Assembly (NCBI GenBank): GCA_964486065.1
Contig: CAZAKN010000001.1
Span: forward strand, 16,657 to 80,656
Length of the DNA stretch: 64,000 bases
Direction of reading: 5' to 3'
Source: an uncultured Gammaproteobacteria bacterium
Lineage (GTDB): Bacteria > Patescibacteriota > Patescibacteriia > UBA11705 > JABHMO01
The translations under genes and the position numbers were made by a program. The notes beneath the pieces are model-generated. The model had not been told where the DNA came from. It was given only the letters and a program-made list of their open reading frames with translations, and ran no database searches. Each line of letters starts with the position of its first letter. The stretch's first letter is position 1. Below are positions 1 through 10,203 of this stretch, in pieces.

Positions 1-990
1 GAATTACGCTTGGGAAATGTTTTATTCGGAGTACTGGGATGTTTGTTGCCGGTCGCGATCTTACTTTATTTCAATGATTTAACCTATGGTAAATATTTCA
101 CTTTGGGTTATTTGGATAATAAAGCCGGCAATGTTTTGGACGGTTTGCCGACCGAATTTGAAACTTCGGGTAATCCGGTTTGGTTATATCTAAAATTGAT
201 TTTCGCGCCGTTCGGATTACATCTCAAGGCTATTTTAAAAACGGTTTACTATTACGGGGTGGAAATGTTTTATCCGTATTTCATTTTGGCTATGGCGGGT
301 TTTGTCGTTTGGTTGTTGGATTATCGTCGCGGTAAAACCAATCAGGCGCAAAAATATTTCACGGTTTTCGCTTTGGTTATGTTTGTTTGGACCATGATGT
401 ATTATGGCAGTTGGGTTTTGTCGGATAAGTTGGTATTAAAAAACAATACCATAGGCAGTTCTTATACCAGATATTTTTTGCCAATGTATATAATGTTTTT
501 ACCGTATATCGCGTATTTGTTGAAAAAGCTCCGCAGTTTGCCTGTCAATAAAAATTATATTGTGGCCTTTGTTCTGCTAATTGTAATCGGTTTAACCGGG
601 TTTTCCTTTTATACGGTTTTTTACACGGAAGGTGATGGTTTATTGGCGCAAAACAATGTTTTAAATCAATATTATGAACAACGAGCTATCGTATTTGGTA
701 TGACCGAGGATAACGCTTTGATCGTTAATAATCGCGCGGATAAAATTTTTTGGCCGAGACGCAGTGTGATGATGTTTAATTTGGATTATTCAATTTTCCC
801 GACGCTCGCGCAAGCTCCGGATGATTTACCGATTTATTATTACAGTTTGATGCCTGATAAAGATATTGACTATATAAATGAAAAAAAGATAAATGAGTTA
901 AACTTGCGTATTGAAAATCCGCGTCAAGTTGACGAACAATTCAGATTGTTTGAAATAAATAAAATATATGAAGAAAAAAATCTTGATTAA
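1..990 (+). CDS. polytopic membrane protein, 5'-partial; reading frame enters from upstream of the window
   Basis: The ORF is open from nt 1 (ELRLGNV...). It shows multiple hydrophobic helices and sits at the head of a glycosyltransferase cluster. No specific family was recognised. Confidence 0.5.
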   Translation, partial: ELRLGNVLFGVLGCLLPVAILLYFNDLTYGKYFTLGYLDNKAGNVLDGLPTEFETSGNPVWLYLKLIFAPFGLHLKAILKTVYYYGVEMFYPYFILAMAGFVVWLLDYRRGKTNQAQKYFTVFALVMFVWTMMYYGSWVLSDKLVLKNNTIGSSYTRYFLPMYIMFLPYIAYLLKKLRSLPVNKNYIVAFVLLIVIGLTGFSFYTVFYTEGDGLLAQNNVLNQYYEQRAIVFGMTEDNALIVNNRADKIFWPRRSVMMFNLDYSIFPTLAQAPDDLPIYYYSLMPDKDIDYINEKKINELNLRIENPRQVDEQFRLFEINKIYEEKNLD

Positions 991-2389
991 ATGGGGGATT
1001 GGAATTATTTTGGTCGCGATATTTTGTTTGCCGATCATTTATGGTGGTTATAAATATTTCAGTTTGGACGGGTACGAATATCATGTGTATGATTTTGATA
1101 ATCGGACGGCGTTTGTTTCGCGACTTTTTCCGACCAATCGTTTGGGCGAGATTGCTGAATCAAGCGGTGAACATTATCAAGAAATAACAGTTGATCCAGT
1201 TTATTTTAGGGTAAAAATGCCGGTCAGTTATGAAACCGCGGATATTACTTTGAAATTTCATCCGGGGGAGTTGAGTATTATTGATGTGGGAGTGGCCAAA
1301 GATCCTGAAGCCAAGGGTGTGGCTCTGTATCCGATTTACAATAAATTGATTTCGGAAATGATCAATGATCCGGAATGGGCGTATTTAATTGAAGACGATA
1401 ATATCCTGTTGCAAAGAGGACGCTTGGATTATGATGATATTCAAGATTTTAATAACAGCCCTTCATCACCGGACAGAACTGCTCTGTTGAACTATGAGAT
1501 TAAAAAGTACTATCAGATACCGGGTTATAAAAGACAATATGATAAAAAACAATATCAGACCGTTTTGCGCGGTAAGCATACGATTCTGGCTTACGCGGGT
1601 ATAATGGAAAATCTGTATTTTAATTTCCGAATTGACGATTTTCATCCGCAAGACAAGATTGAAGTTCGTGATTTCGCGGGTGACTTGGTTTATGAAGAAT
1701 ATATCGCGAATAATGACGGTGAAGTCAGCGTGCAAAATATGATGCCCGGTTACTATCATGTCTTTTTAAACTTTGACGATGATACTTTAATCAAACAAAT
1801 CAATACCACCAATCATAAATGGGTTTTTGATCGGGAAATCCGCTTGGCGGAAACGCAAATGGAGGAACCGAAAATTTTTTCTCGCGCCAATCGGTTGTAT
1901 TTTCAAGCATTGGACGAAGGAGGAGTGCAAATGATTGAAATCAATGCTGATGAGCTTAACATTGAAGCACGCAATAAACAATATATTTACGACGCGGACA
2001 GATTTGAAGATTTATCCGTGGCATTGCGATCCGGCGGTTTGATAATCAACTCCACGGGATTGATAGCGCTGGACGAAGAATCATATTTTAATCCCAAGTA
2101 TCGCAATTTGCGAGCATTTAAAGATTATCAAGCAATTGATGTTGATTATGTTTTGGCGAATTATCGCGAACCATACCAAACCGCCGATGGTTGGTTGGAA
2201 AAGAAAGTCAGAATTGATTTGGCCGGAGCGTATTATGATGAAGATAATAAAGTTAAATTCGTAATTTCCGCTCCCGATTCAACGACAGCGGAAGATAAAC
2301 TCAAGGTTTCTCGTATAGAAGTGGAATTGCATCGTCAGCCGGTAACCTTGTCCGATTTGTGGCGCAAGCTCAAGGAGCGTATCAAATAA
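968..2389 (+). CDS. hypothetical protein with N-terminal TM anchor and a large extracytoplasmic domain
   Basis: 473-aa ORF with one N-terminal hydrophobic helix (IGIILVAIFCLPIIYGG). It overlaps the upstream gene by 23 nt, which suggests an operon. No motif was recognised. Confidence 0.45.
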   Translation: MKKKILIKWGIGIILVAIFCLPIIYGGYKYFSLDGYEYHVYDFDNRTAFVSRLFPTNRLGEIAESSGEHYQEITVDPVYFRVKMPVSYETADITLKFHPGELSIIDVGVAKDPEAKGVALYPIYNKLISEMINDPEWAYLIEDDNILLQRGRLDYDDIQDFNNSPSSPDRTALLNYEIKKYYQIPGYKRQYDKKQYQTVLRGKHTILAYAGIMENLYFNFRIDDFHPQDKIEVRDFAGDLVYEEYIANNDGEVSVQNMMPGYYHVFLNFDDDTLIKQINTTNHKWVFDREIRLAETQMEEPKIFSRANRLYFQALDEGGVQMIEINADELNIEARNKQYIYDADRFEDLSVALRSGGLIINSTGLIALDEESYFNPKYRNLRAFKDYQAIDVDYVLANYREPYQTADGWLEKKVRIDLAGAYYDEDNKVKFVISAPDSTTAEDKLKVSRIEVELHRQPVTLSDLWRKLKERIK

Positions 2390-2467
2390 CAAGGAAAGTA
2401 AGATTGAAAAATTTAAACTTAATACCAAATAATTTAAATTATCATATCCAATATTCAATTTAAACTT

Positions 2468-2656
2468 ATGAAAAAACACTTAATAACATTTTTGTATGAA
2501 TTATTCGCCGTGTCTTTTGTTTTTTTCTTTATTTATTTGGCAATAGATTTGGCTTTTCCGGGATTGCTTTCTGATTTGTTTAATCTTTTCATGGTGCCGG
2601 TTGTAAGCGTGATCAGTTTGATCGGATACTTTGCTTTGAAAGCGAGACAAACTTGA
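2468..2656 (+). CDS. small two-helix membrane protein
   Basis: 62-aa ORF with two hydrophobic segments, located in an intergenic slot of the glycan cluster. Confidence 0.3.
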   Translation: MKKHLITFLYELFAVSFVFFFIYLAIDLAFPGLLSDLFNLFMVPVVSVISLIGYFALKARQT

Positions 2657-2701
2657 TAAATGGAATTACAATTAATAATTAAATAATAATAAAAAACAAA
2701 T

Positions 2702-3706
2702 ATGCCAAACAGAAAAAACTATGTTGTGTTGGGTGGTGCCGGTTTTCTCGGTTCCAATTTGTGTGAAAGATTGATTCGCGATTATAATGTCGTGTGTATT
2801 GATGATTTCACCACCAGTAGTGAGAAAAACATCAATCATTTACTTAAGCTACCGAATTTTGAATTGATAAAACATAATATCAATGAGCCGATAGACTTGG
2901 AACAGATCAATGAACTCGGTCAATTTCAAATTCCGGTTTTCGGAATAGAAGGAGTTTTTAATTTGGCGATTCCTTCGTCGGTTAAAAATTTTGATAAACT
3001 AACCGAGCATATAATAAAAACCAACACTTTAGGCTTGATAAACGGGCTGGAATTGGCGACCAAGTACAAAGCCAAATTCATGCATTTTTCTTCATCCGTG
3101 ATTTACGGCGATGTGCCGAAGGATGAATTTATCAAAGAGGATTATCGCGGTTTGTCCGACCATTTAAACGAAACCGCTTGTTATGACGAAGGTAAAAGAT
3201 ACGCAGAAACAATTGTGGAGAGTTATCGTAAATTTAAAAATTTGGACACGAAGATTGTCAGGATTTTCCGAAGCTACGGACCGCGCATGCTTTTGGACGA
3301 TGGTCAGATGATTCCGGATTTTATTTTGGCTACTTTGGAAAACAAGGATTTGGTGATTTACGGTGATGAAACTTTCACCACTTCGCTATGTTATGTTTCC
3401 GATATCGTGGAAGGTTGCATCAAGGTAATGAATTCTCCGCTCAGTGATCCTGTGAATATAGGTAGTACTAATGTTTACCGAATTTCCGATGTGGCCGCCA
3501 AAATTATAGAATTGGTCGGCTCGGATTCCAAAATTGTTTACGAAAAACCGAAACAATTCATGCGTCAATTGGCTTTGCCGGATATTACCAAAATTAAGGA
3601 AGAAATCGGTTGGTTTCCGATCGTTACATTGGAAGATGGAATCCGCAAAACCGTTGATTTTACCAGAGCACATAAGGATTTATTAACTTTCAGCGCAGAT
3701 ATTTGA
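2702..3706 (+). CDS. NAD-dependent sugar-nucleotide epimerase/dehydratase (UDP-glucuronate decarboxylase / dTDP-glucose dehydratase-like SDR)
   Basis: N-terminal Rossmann motif VVLGGAGFLGSNL. The catalytic YxxxK context is present (YDEGKRYAE). Length of 334 aa is typical of extended SDR sugar epimerases. Confidence 0.8.
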   Translation: MPNRKNYVVLGGAGFLGSNLCERLIRDYNVVCIDDFTTSSEKNINHLLKLPNFELIKHNINEPIDLEQINELGQFQIPVFGIEGVFNLAIPSSVKNFDKLTEHIIKTNTLGLINGLELATKYKAKFMHFSSSVIYGDVPKDEFIKEDYRGLSDHLNETACYDEGKRYAETIVESYRKFKNLDTKIVRIFRSYGPRMLLDDGQMIPDFILATLENKDLVIYGDETFTTSLCYVSDIVEGCIKVMNSPLSDPVNIGSTNVYRISDVAAKIIELVGSDSKIVYEKPKQFMRQLALPDITKIKEEIGWFPIVTLEDGIRKTVDFTRAHKDLLTFSADI

Positions 3707-3707
3707 T

Positions 3708-4370
3708 ATGAATTTTTGCTTGGTCATCCCGGCCTATAATGAAGAACAAAGATTGAAAACGGTTTTACAAAAATTGGCGGATTTGAATTTGTCTGTAGTA
3801 GTGGTGGATGACGGTTCAAGTGATAATACTTACCAAATGGCCGCGGCTTGGCCGGTGAATTTATTGAGACATCATACTAATCGCGGTCAGGGAGCGGCTT
3901 TACGCACGGGGACGGAATTCGCTTTTCAGGAAGGCTATGAAGCGGTGGTTCATTTTGACGCTGATGGTCAACATCGGCCGGAAGACGCTTTGCGTTTGAT
4001 TGAAGTTTTAAGCCAAGGACACGACGCGGTTATCGGTTCACGCTTTATGGGAATTGAATCGGCCATGCCGGCTAAAAAGAAAATTATTTATTTTTTCGCC
4101 AAAATTTTTTCTCGTCATCTATTGAAATTAAATTTTACTGATCCGCAGAACGGCTTGCGCGCCATAAATTTACGAGCGTGGGATAAATTGAATTGGCGCA
4201 AAGATAATTTTGAACATTGCAGTGAAATCTTGTCTTTGATTATTAAGCATGATTTAAAGTATCAGGAAGTGCCGATTAAAATAGAATATTCTGAAGATAA
4301 TCAGAGTAAAAATACTCGTCCCGGAGTCAGCATGGCTTGGAAATTATTATTAAGTCGCATGTTTGATTGA
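3708..4370 (+). CDS. family 2 glycosyltransferase (dolichyl/polyprenyl-phosphate sugar transferase-like)
   Basis: LVIPAYNEE...VVVVDDGSSDNT and a DxD-like DADGQH are GT2 signatures. The start is immediately after the upstream stop. Confidence 0.8.
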   Translation: MNFCLVIPAYNEEQRLKTVLQKLADLNLSVVVVDDGSSDNTYQMAAAWPVNLLRHHTNRGQGAALRTGTEFAFQEGYEAVVHFDADGQHRPEDALRLIEVLSQGHDAVIGSRFMGIESAMPAKKKIIYFFAKIFSRHLLKLNFTDPQNGLRAINLRAWDKLNWRKDNFEHCSEILSLIIKHDLKYQEVPIKIEYSEDNQSKNTRPGVSMAWKLLLSRMFD

Positions 4371-4728
4371 TATGTCAATATTCCAAATAATAGTTTTAAT
4401 TTTAATGGCCGGAGCGATTTATAAAGCGGCTAAAAGATTGAGTAAAAGAGAAATCTCTGTTTGGCTTTTTTTGCTCTGGCTGGGAGTCTGGTCCGTCGCC
4501 GCGGTAGTTGTTATTTTTCCCGAGCTTTTGAGTTGGGTCGCCTTTAAACTTGGAGTCGGTAGGGGAGTGGATTTGGTTCTGTATTTATCTTTGTTTATTA
4601 TTGTTTACACTTTATTCAAAATGAATATCAGGTTGGGAAAAATTGAAAAAGACATAACTCGCGTTGTTAGTCGTCACGCCATTGAAAACGCGCGTCAGAC
4701 TGATGAAGTGATGAAAAAGGAGTCTTAG
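4363..4728 (+). CDS. DUF2304-family small membrane protein (GT2-associated)
   Basis: 121 aa with three hydrophobic helices. It overlaps the GT2 stop by 8 nt, the classic GT2-DUF2304 pairing. Confidence 0.55.
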   Translation: MIDMSIFQIIVLILMAGAIYKAAKRLSKREISVWLFLLWLGVWSVAAVVVIFPELLSWVAFKLGVGRGVDLVLYLSLFIIVYTLFKMNIRLGKIEKDITRVVSRHAIENARQTDEVMKKES

Positions 4729-4731
4729 TTT

Positions 4732-5802
4732 ATGAAAAAAGCCGGAGTGATTTTGGTTAATTATAAAGATTATGCGAAAAGATTTTTAACGGAGTGCCGA
4801 GATTCTTTGCGAGCGCAAAAATTGAATAGCGTGGAAATGCGCGTGATTATAGTGAATAACGCGGCCACTCCCGAAACCGCTAATTATTTACAAACCGAAT
4901 TTCCCGAAGCCGTGATCATTTCGCGCTCTGACGGAAATTACGCCGCCGCCAATAACGCGGGGATCACCAAAGCCGTGGAATTGGATTGTGACTATTTTGT
5001 TATCGCCAATATGGATACGCGTTTTGATGAGAACTGGCTGAGTAACTTAGTGAAAGTCGCGGATTCGGATGACAAAATCGGTATTGTTCAATCAAAAATA
5101 TATTTATATCCGAAAAATGATGTTGAGTGGAAATGCCCGAAAATCAATTCATTGGGAAATTTGTTTCATTATTTGGGATTTGGTTTTACTCAAGGTTATA
5201 ATGAAATTGATTTCTCGGAGCTAAATGCGCGTGAGATTGAAGGCTATGCCAGTGGATGTTCTTTACTGATGAAAAAAAGCGTTTGGCAAAAAATCGGTGA
5301 TTACAACGAAGAGTTTTATATGTATCATGATGATTTGGAACTTGGTTGGCGAGCGAAGTTGGCCGGTTATAAAATATATCTGGCGCCAGATTCGGTGGTT
5401 TATCATAAATATGAGTTTCAGCGCAGTGCGCGCATGATTTATTTTCAAGAGAGAAATCGTCATTTGTCAATATTTACATTTTATCGTATCCCGACTATAC
5501 TTTTAATAATGCCCATGCTCTTGATTCTACAAGTTGCCATGATGATTTATGCCATTCTGGGCGGTTGGATTACGAAGAAGTTGAAAGCGGATTTATACTT
5601 TTTAAAACCCGGTTCTTGGCGAAAAATATGGAAATTCAGAAAGCAAGTAAAAAAAATCCGCGTATTATCGGACAGGGAAACGGTTGAAAACTTTCAAGGA
5701 AAAGTTCTATTTCAAGAAATCAATAATCCGGTTTTGGAAAAAATCGGTAATCCGTTGATGGAACTGTATTGGAAAATAGTAAAAAAAATAATTTTTTGGT
5801 AA
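4732..5802 (+). CDS. family 2 glycosyltransferase with C-terminal membrane helices
   Basis: VILVNYKD...VIIVNNAATPE together with DxD (YHDDLELGW), followed by C-terminal TM segments. Confidence 0.75.
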   Translation: MKKAGVILVNYKDYAKRFLTECRDSLRAQKLNSVEMRVIIVNNAATPETANYLQTEFPEAVIISRSDGNYAAANNAGITKAVELDCDYFVIANMDTRFDENWLSNLVKVADSDDKIGIVQSKIYLYPKNDVEWKCPKINSLGNLFHYLGFGFTQGYNEIDFSELNAREIEGYASGCSLLMKKSVWQKIGDYNEEFYMYHDDLELGWRAKLAGYKIYLAPDSVVYHKYEFQRSARMIYFQERNRHLSIFTFYRIPTILLIMPMLLILQVAMMIYAILGGWITKKLKADLYFLKPGSWRKIWKFRKQVKKIRVLSDRETVENFQGKVLFQEINNPVLEKIGNPLMELYWKIVKKIIFW

Positions 5803-5808
5803 AGCCGT

Positions 5809-6354
5809 ATGTATAAAAAGTTGATTTGGGTTTTCGTGTTCGTGGTTTTGGCCACGGTCGCTTTGTATTTTCGCGTGGTTTATCCCGATTCGCAACATCA
5901 ATTGGAAGCGGCTTTCCGCCCGGTTAAAGCCATTCCCGTAGAAAATTATTATAAAATTCAGGAAAACAATTGCGGTTTATGGTATGACTCTTACAATGAT
6001 GATTTTGTAAAATCCGGCAAAGAAAATGAAAATGTCATGGCTTGCTTTCGTCGCGCTTTGCGCACCTGTCAACCATACAGTATTTTAATCATAAAAGATA
6101 AAACGCAAAGTGAAGAAAAGAAAATAGTGTATTCGTTAATCAGGGTTTTGCAAGAAAACCATTTGGGAGAATGTTTGATTCAGAATTATTACGAAGAACA
6201 TCAAGTGGGAATGTTGAGCGGTGAAGATGGTGATGTTTCTTATGTCAACACCTGTAAAGAATTGGACGATATGCCCGAACAAAGTTGCCGACCTTCATAT
6301 TTAAAAGAAAAAACTGGATATTACATTAAAAGTCAAAAACAAGATGGAGAATAA
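5809..6354 (+). CDS. Cys-rich membrane-anchored hypothetical protein
   Basis: N-terminal TM helix, then an extracytoplasmic domain with six cysteines. No known motif. Confidence 0.4.
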   Translation: MYKKLIWVFVFVVLATVALYFRVVYPDSQHQLEAAFRPVKAIPVENYYKIQENNCGLWYDSYNDDFVKSGKENENVMACFRRALRTCQPYSILIIKDKTQSEEKKIVYSLIRVLQENHLGECLIQNYYEEHQVGMLSGEDGDVSYVNTCKELDDMPEQSCRPSYLKEKTGYYIKSQKQDGE

Positions 6355-7519
6355 TCAACAAAAAAAATTAAAAATAGCGCAAGTTGTTTGCACGGTTCCG
6401 CCATATGGCGGAGGTATCGGCATGGTGGCGCATTCTTACGCAGATCAGATGGCGGAGAGGGGACATGAAGTAACTTTGTTTACCGGCGCCAAAAAGACAG
6501 CCAAAATGGATTATAAATATTCTTACGAGGTCAAGCATTTGTGGACGCTTTTTCGCGTGGGACACGCCGCGGTTTTACCACAGCTAGTTTGGAGATTGCG
6601 TAAATATGATATTGTCCATTTGCATTATCCTTATTTCGGTGCGGGAATTTGGACAGCTTTAGCGAAAATCTTTTACAGTAGAAAACAACGCTTGGTGGTC
6701 AGCTATCACATGGATATTGTCGCCGGCGGTTTATTGGGAATAATCAATGGTTTTTATAAAAATTTCGTGGCCGGATTTGTTTTGAAAAAAGCTGATCAGG
6801 TTATCGGAGCTTCGGAAAGTTATTTGGAAAATTCCGATATTCAGCAATATTATTTGCAAAATTCTCACAAATTCAGTATTCTGCCTTTCGGTGTGCCGAA
6901 AAAATTCTTTCCGTCATTCAAAGATGAAAAATTAATGGAAAAATACGGAATTAAAAAAGAAGACAAAGTGGTGCTTTTCGTGGGAGGATTGGATTCGGCT
7001 CATTATTTTAAAGGCGTACATTTTTTAATCAAAGCTGTTTCCATGTTGAAGGATGATAATGTTAAGTTACTTATCGTGGGACAAGGAAATTTAAAACCGC
7101 AATACGAAAAACAAGCGGAAAATTTAAATATTCGTGATAAAGTTATTTTTACGGATTACATTGAAACTAAAGATTTGCCCGCGCATTACAATTTGGCTGA
7201 TGTTTTCGTTTTGCCTTCAATCAATAAATCCGAAGCTTTCGGCATTGTTTTATTGGAAGCCATGGCTTGTGGCAAAACGATCGTGGCTTCAAATTTAAAT
7301 GGCGTGAAGTCGGTGGTCAGTAGAGGAACCAATGGATTGTTGATTGAACCGAAAAACAGTTTTGATATTTCTCAAAAAATTAAATGTTTGTTTGATGATG
7401 ATGAAATGCGCGAAAGATATAGTCGCAACGCTGTTAAAACCGTGGAAGAAAAGTATCGTTGGTCGGTGATTTGCGATAAATTGGAAAAAATATATTTTAA
7501 ATTGGTGACGAAAAAATGA
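6344..7519 (+). CDS. family 4 (GT-B) glycosyltransferase
   Basis: N-terminal GT4 signature (KIAQVVCTVPPYGGGIGMVAHSYA) and a C-terminal EAFGIVLLEAMACGKTIVAS retaining-GT motif (E-x7-E). Confidence 0.8.
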   Translation: MENNQQKKLKIAQVVCTVPPYGGGIGMVAHSYADQMAERGHEVTLFTGAKKTAKMDYKYSYEVKHLWTLFRVGHAAVLPQLVWRLRKYDIVHLHYPYFGAGIWTALAKIFYSRKQRLVVSYHMDIVAGGLLGIINGFYKNFVAGFVLKKADQVIGASESYLENSDIQQYYLQNSHKFSILPFGVPKKFFPSFKDEKLMEKYGIKKEDKVVLFVGGLDSAHYFKGVHFLIKAVSMLKDDNVKLLIVGQGNLKPQYEKQAENLNIRDKVIFTDYIETKDLPAHYNLADVFVLPSINKSEAFGIVLLEAMACGKTIVASNLNGVKSVVSRGTNGLLIEPKNSFDISQKIKCLFDDDEMRERYSRNAVKTVEEKYRWSVICDKLEKIYFKLVTKK

Positions 7520-8685
7520 AAATTTGCATAATTAGTAATCTTTATCCGCCACATGATCGCGGTGGAGCGGAATTGATCGTCGCTTGGACGGCGGAAAAGC
7601 TTTTCGCTTTGGGACATGAAGTTTCGGTGATTTACACCAAGCCCTCGGGAGGATTGGAACAAGACGAATATAATCATGTTAAAACATACAGATTCAAGCC
7701 ATTGAATTTTTTTTATTATACGAATTTGGCCAAACATTCCGCTCCGTACAGAATATTGTGGCATGTGGCGGATATGTTCAATTTGCATTCGGCGATAAAA
7801 GTCCGCCAAGTTTTAAAGCAAGAAAAACCCGACTTGGTTATCACTCACAATTTGAAAGGATTGGGTTTTATTATCCCGATGATTATTCGCGGTTTGAAAA
7901 TAAAACATTATCATGTTTTGCATGATGTTCAGCTGGCGGTTCCGTCCGGATTGATTATTAAAGGCAAAGAAAAAAGCTTTATGACCGTCGGCGCGCCGAT
8001 CAAGCTATATGCCACATTAAGTAAATTATTGTTCGGCTCACCGGAAAAAATTATTTCTCCGTCCCGATGGCTTTTGGATTATTACGCGAAGAAAAGATTT
8101 TTTCCGCGCTCTGAAAAAACGGTTTTGCGTAATCCTTTGAAAAACTTGAAATTAAAAGTTGAGCGCAAAACCAAAAAGCAAAATCATTATTTATTTGTCG
8201 GACAAATTGAAAAACACAAAGGCGTGGAATGGTTGATTGACTGGTGGCGCAAAAACGAGATTAAAGATGAACTCTTGATCGTGGGACGGGGGAGTGAACA
8301 GTTACGTCTCCAAAGCAAAGCCGCCGGCACGGCCATTAAATTCCTTGGGGTAAAATTCGGTCGGCAAATCGGTGAAGTGTTCGCGAGGGTTGATTTTTTG
8401 ATTATGCCGTCGCTTTGTTATGAAAATTCACCGACGGTAATCCCTCTGGCAATGCAACACGGAGTGCCGGTGCTGAGCGCGAAAATCGGAGGTGCCGGAG
8501 AAAGTGTGGCGGTCGGGAAAACAGGCTATTTGTTTGAAGCAGGTGATTATGTGAGTTTTGGAAAGGCGTTTTCAGCCTCAAAATCGCTTTCTGACGAGAA
8601 CTTTGCGGTAATGGGCGATAATTGCCTTAAACAAGCTGAAAATTACCAAATTGAGCCATATTTGCGCGAATTGTTGAGTTCTTGA
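7516..8685 (+). CDS. family 4 (GT-B) glycosyltransferase
   Basis: KICIISNLYPPHDRGGAE N-terminus and a C-terminal nucleotide-sugar binding region (YENSPTVIPLAMQHGVPVL). Shares a 4-nt overlap with the upstream GT4. Confidence 0.75.
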   Translation: MKICIISNLYPPHDRGGAELIVAWTAEKLFALGHEVSVIYTKPSGGLEQDEYNHVKTYRFKPLNFFYYTNLAKHSAPYRILWHVADMFNLHSAIKVRQVLKQEKPDLVITHNLKGLGFIIPMIIRGLKIKHYHVLHDVQLAVPSGLIIKGKEKSFMTVGAPIKLYATLSKLLFGSPEKIISPSRWLLDYYAKKRFFPRSEKTVLRNPLKNLKLKVERKTKKQNHYLFVGQIEKHKGVEWLIDWWRKNEIKDELLIVGRGSEQLRLQSKAAGTAIKFLGVKFGRQIGEVFARVDFLIMPSLCYENSPTVIPLAMQHGVPVLSAKIGGAGESVAVGKTGYLFEAGDYVSFGKAFSASKSLSDENFAVMGDNCLKQAENYQIEPYLRELLSS

Positions 8686-8710
8686 TGGTCACGCTTTTCC
8701 ATGCTATAAT
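8682..8710 (+). promoter_or_regulatory. sigma70-type promoter for tRNA-Trp (TTGATG - 17 bp - TATAAT)
   Basis: The -35 TTGATG at 8682-8687 is separated by exactly 17 bp from a perfect -10 TATAAT at 8705-8710. The tRNA begins about 25 nt downstream. Confidence 0.5.
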
Positions 8711-8734
8711 GGTCGGGAATTTACAAATTATCTT

Positions 8735-8808
8735 GGGAGCTTAGTTAAGTGGTATAACATCGGTCTCCAAAACCGAGGTCGGGGGTTCGATTCCCTCAGC
8801 TCCTGCCA
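8735..8808 (+). tRNA. trnW: tRNA-Trp (anticodon CCA)
   Basis: Cloverleaf by eye: acceptor GGGAGCT/AGCTCCT (one G-U pair), D-arm GTTA..TAAC, anticodon stem TCGGT/ACCGA with loop CTCCAAA (anticodon CCA), T-arm GGGGG-TTCGATT-CCCTC, discriminator G and encoded CCA. Confidence 0.9.
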
Positions 8809-8834
8809 GTAACAATTGAATTTGAATATAGAAT

Positions 8835-8861
8835 CGGGGCGCGTGGCTCCGGTTTTGTTTT
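8835..8861 (+). terminator. weak hairpin plus T-tract after tRNA-Trp
   Basis: CGGGG-cgcgtgg-CTCCG followed by GTTTTGTTTT. The stem is only 5 bp with one G-U pair. Confidence 0.3.
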
Positions 8862-9028
8862 AAAAAAAATATGTTTTTTCCAAATTTAAATGATTGTTTT
8901 TTGCGCGAAAATCGTGTAAAATAAATTTAATGCGGAACATGAATAGAGACATTAATTTCGGATATTAAAATTCAATCAGGAACAATAAGCATGGTGCTAT
9001 TCACGCTTCGCAATTAACGATTTACAAT

Positions 9029-9793
9029 ATGCTGACTTTACTTTCATGGAATGTCAACGGTCTTCGCGCCGTTCATAAAAAAGGCTTTCAAGCTTTTGTA
9101 AAAAAATACAAACCGGATATTTTATGTTTGCAGGAAACCAAAGCTCATTTGGAGCAATTACCCGAGGAGTTGGTCAAGATTGACGCCTATCATTCATTTT
9201 TTTCCGAAGCCGAAAAAAAAGGTTACAGTGGGACGGCTCTTTATTCGCGCCTTCAACCGCGAAGCGTGGATTACGGTATCGGCAAGAAAAAATTTGATTC
9301 CGAAGGCCGATATTTAATCGCGGAATATGATGATTTTTTACTTTTTAATATTTATTTTCCGAACGGCAAGATGCCTGGCCGACTTGAATACAAAATGGAT
9401 TTTTATAATCAATTTTTAAAATATATAAAAAAACCGCTGGCGCGGGGCAGAAAAATTATCGTTTGCGGAGATGTGAATACCGCTCACCGAGAAATTGACT
9501 TGGCTCGCCCCAAAGCTAATCAAGATATTTCCGGATTTTTGCCACAAGAAAGAAAATGGATTGATAAATTTATTGAAGCCGGTTTTATTGACACCTTCCG
9601 TGAATTTAATGATAAACCGGAAAACTACACTTGGTGGGATTATAAAAGCCGGGCTCGCGAACGCAATGTGGGTTGGCGCATTGATTATTTTTTTGTCAGT
9701 AAAAACATGAAAGAAGATTTGCGTGACGCGTTTATTTTGCCTGAAGTGCAAGGATCCGACCATTGCCCGGTTGGGATTAAAATAAAACTTTAA
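9029..9793 (+). CDS. xth: exodeoxyribonuclease III (AP endonuclease, ExoIII/APE1 family)
   Basis: LLSWNVNGLRA...DILCLQETK N-terminus and the C-terminal GSDHCPV motif are diagnostic of the EEP-family ExoIII. Confidence 0.9.
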   Translation: MLTLLSWNVNGLRAVHKKGFQAFVKKYKPDILCLQETKAHLEQLPEELVKIDAYHSFFSEAEKKGYSGTALYSRLQPRSVDYGIGKKKFDSEGRYLIAEYDDFLLFNIYFPNGKMPGRLEYKMDFYNQFLKYIKKPLARGRKIIVCGDVNTAHREIDLARPKANQDISGFLPQERKWIDKFIEAGFIDTFREFNDKPENYTWWDYKSRARERNVGWRIDYFFVSKNMKEDLRDAFILPEVQGSDHCPVGIKIKL

Positions 9794-9808
9794 AATAAAA
9801 AATCATCT

Positions 9809-10036
9809 ATGCGTAAGAAAAACGCCAAACATGAATTTCATGCTCGCAGTTGGGTCAAGGCCATAACATTCAGAACTTTGGCTTCTTTGACCACTTGGGC
9901 TTTGGCTTATTGGTTTACCGGCAATATGACCGTGGCCGTGGCGATCGGAGGATATGATATTGCCATAAAAATTCTTTTGTATTATTTTCATGAAAGAGCG
10001 TGGCATTTGATAGATTGGGGCAAAATAAAAAGTTAA
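9809..10036 (+). CDS. DUF2061-family small membrane protein
   Basis: 75 aa with a W-rich TM core and C-terminal YYFHERAWH, which matches the DUF2061 hallmark (YY.HER.W). Confidence 0.55.
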   Translation: MRKKNAKHEFHARSWVKAITFRTLASLTTWALAYWFTGNMTVAVAIGGYDIAIKILLYYFHERAWHLIDWGKIKS

Positions 10037-10047
10037 TTCAATTTATA

Positions 10048-10203
10048 TGAAAACTTGCATTTTTTGCGGTAAAAAAATTGAAGACGAATCACAGATCATC
10101 AATGAGTATGATGTTTGTTTTTGTTCCAAGCGTTGTTTGGAAAGATATCAGGATAAATTGAATGAATTAAAAGAAGTGGTGGATTTGGATGACTGTTGTT
10201 AAT
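10048..10203 (+). CDS. small zinc-ribbon (TRASH/YHS-like, C-x2-C ... C-F-C-S-x2-C) protein, 51 aa; absent from the supplied ORF track
   Basis: ATG at 10048 translates to MKTCIFCGKKIEDESQIINEYDVCFCSKRCLERYQDKLNELKEVVDLDDCC with a TAA stop at 10201-10203. It has six Cys in a metal-binding spacing, fills the gap between two genes exactly, and the next gene's ATG follows immediately. Confidence 0.5.

Noticed and set aside
7372-7809. 145-aa minus-strand ORF spanning the GT4/GT4 junction
   Set aside because: It is antisense to two confidently assigned glycosyltransferases and has no translation signals.
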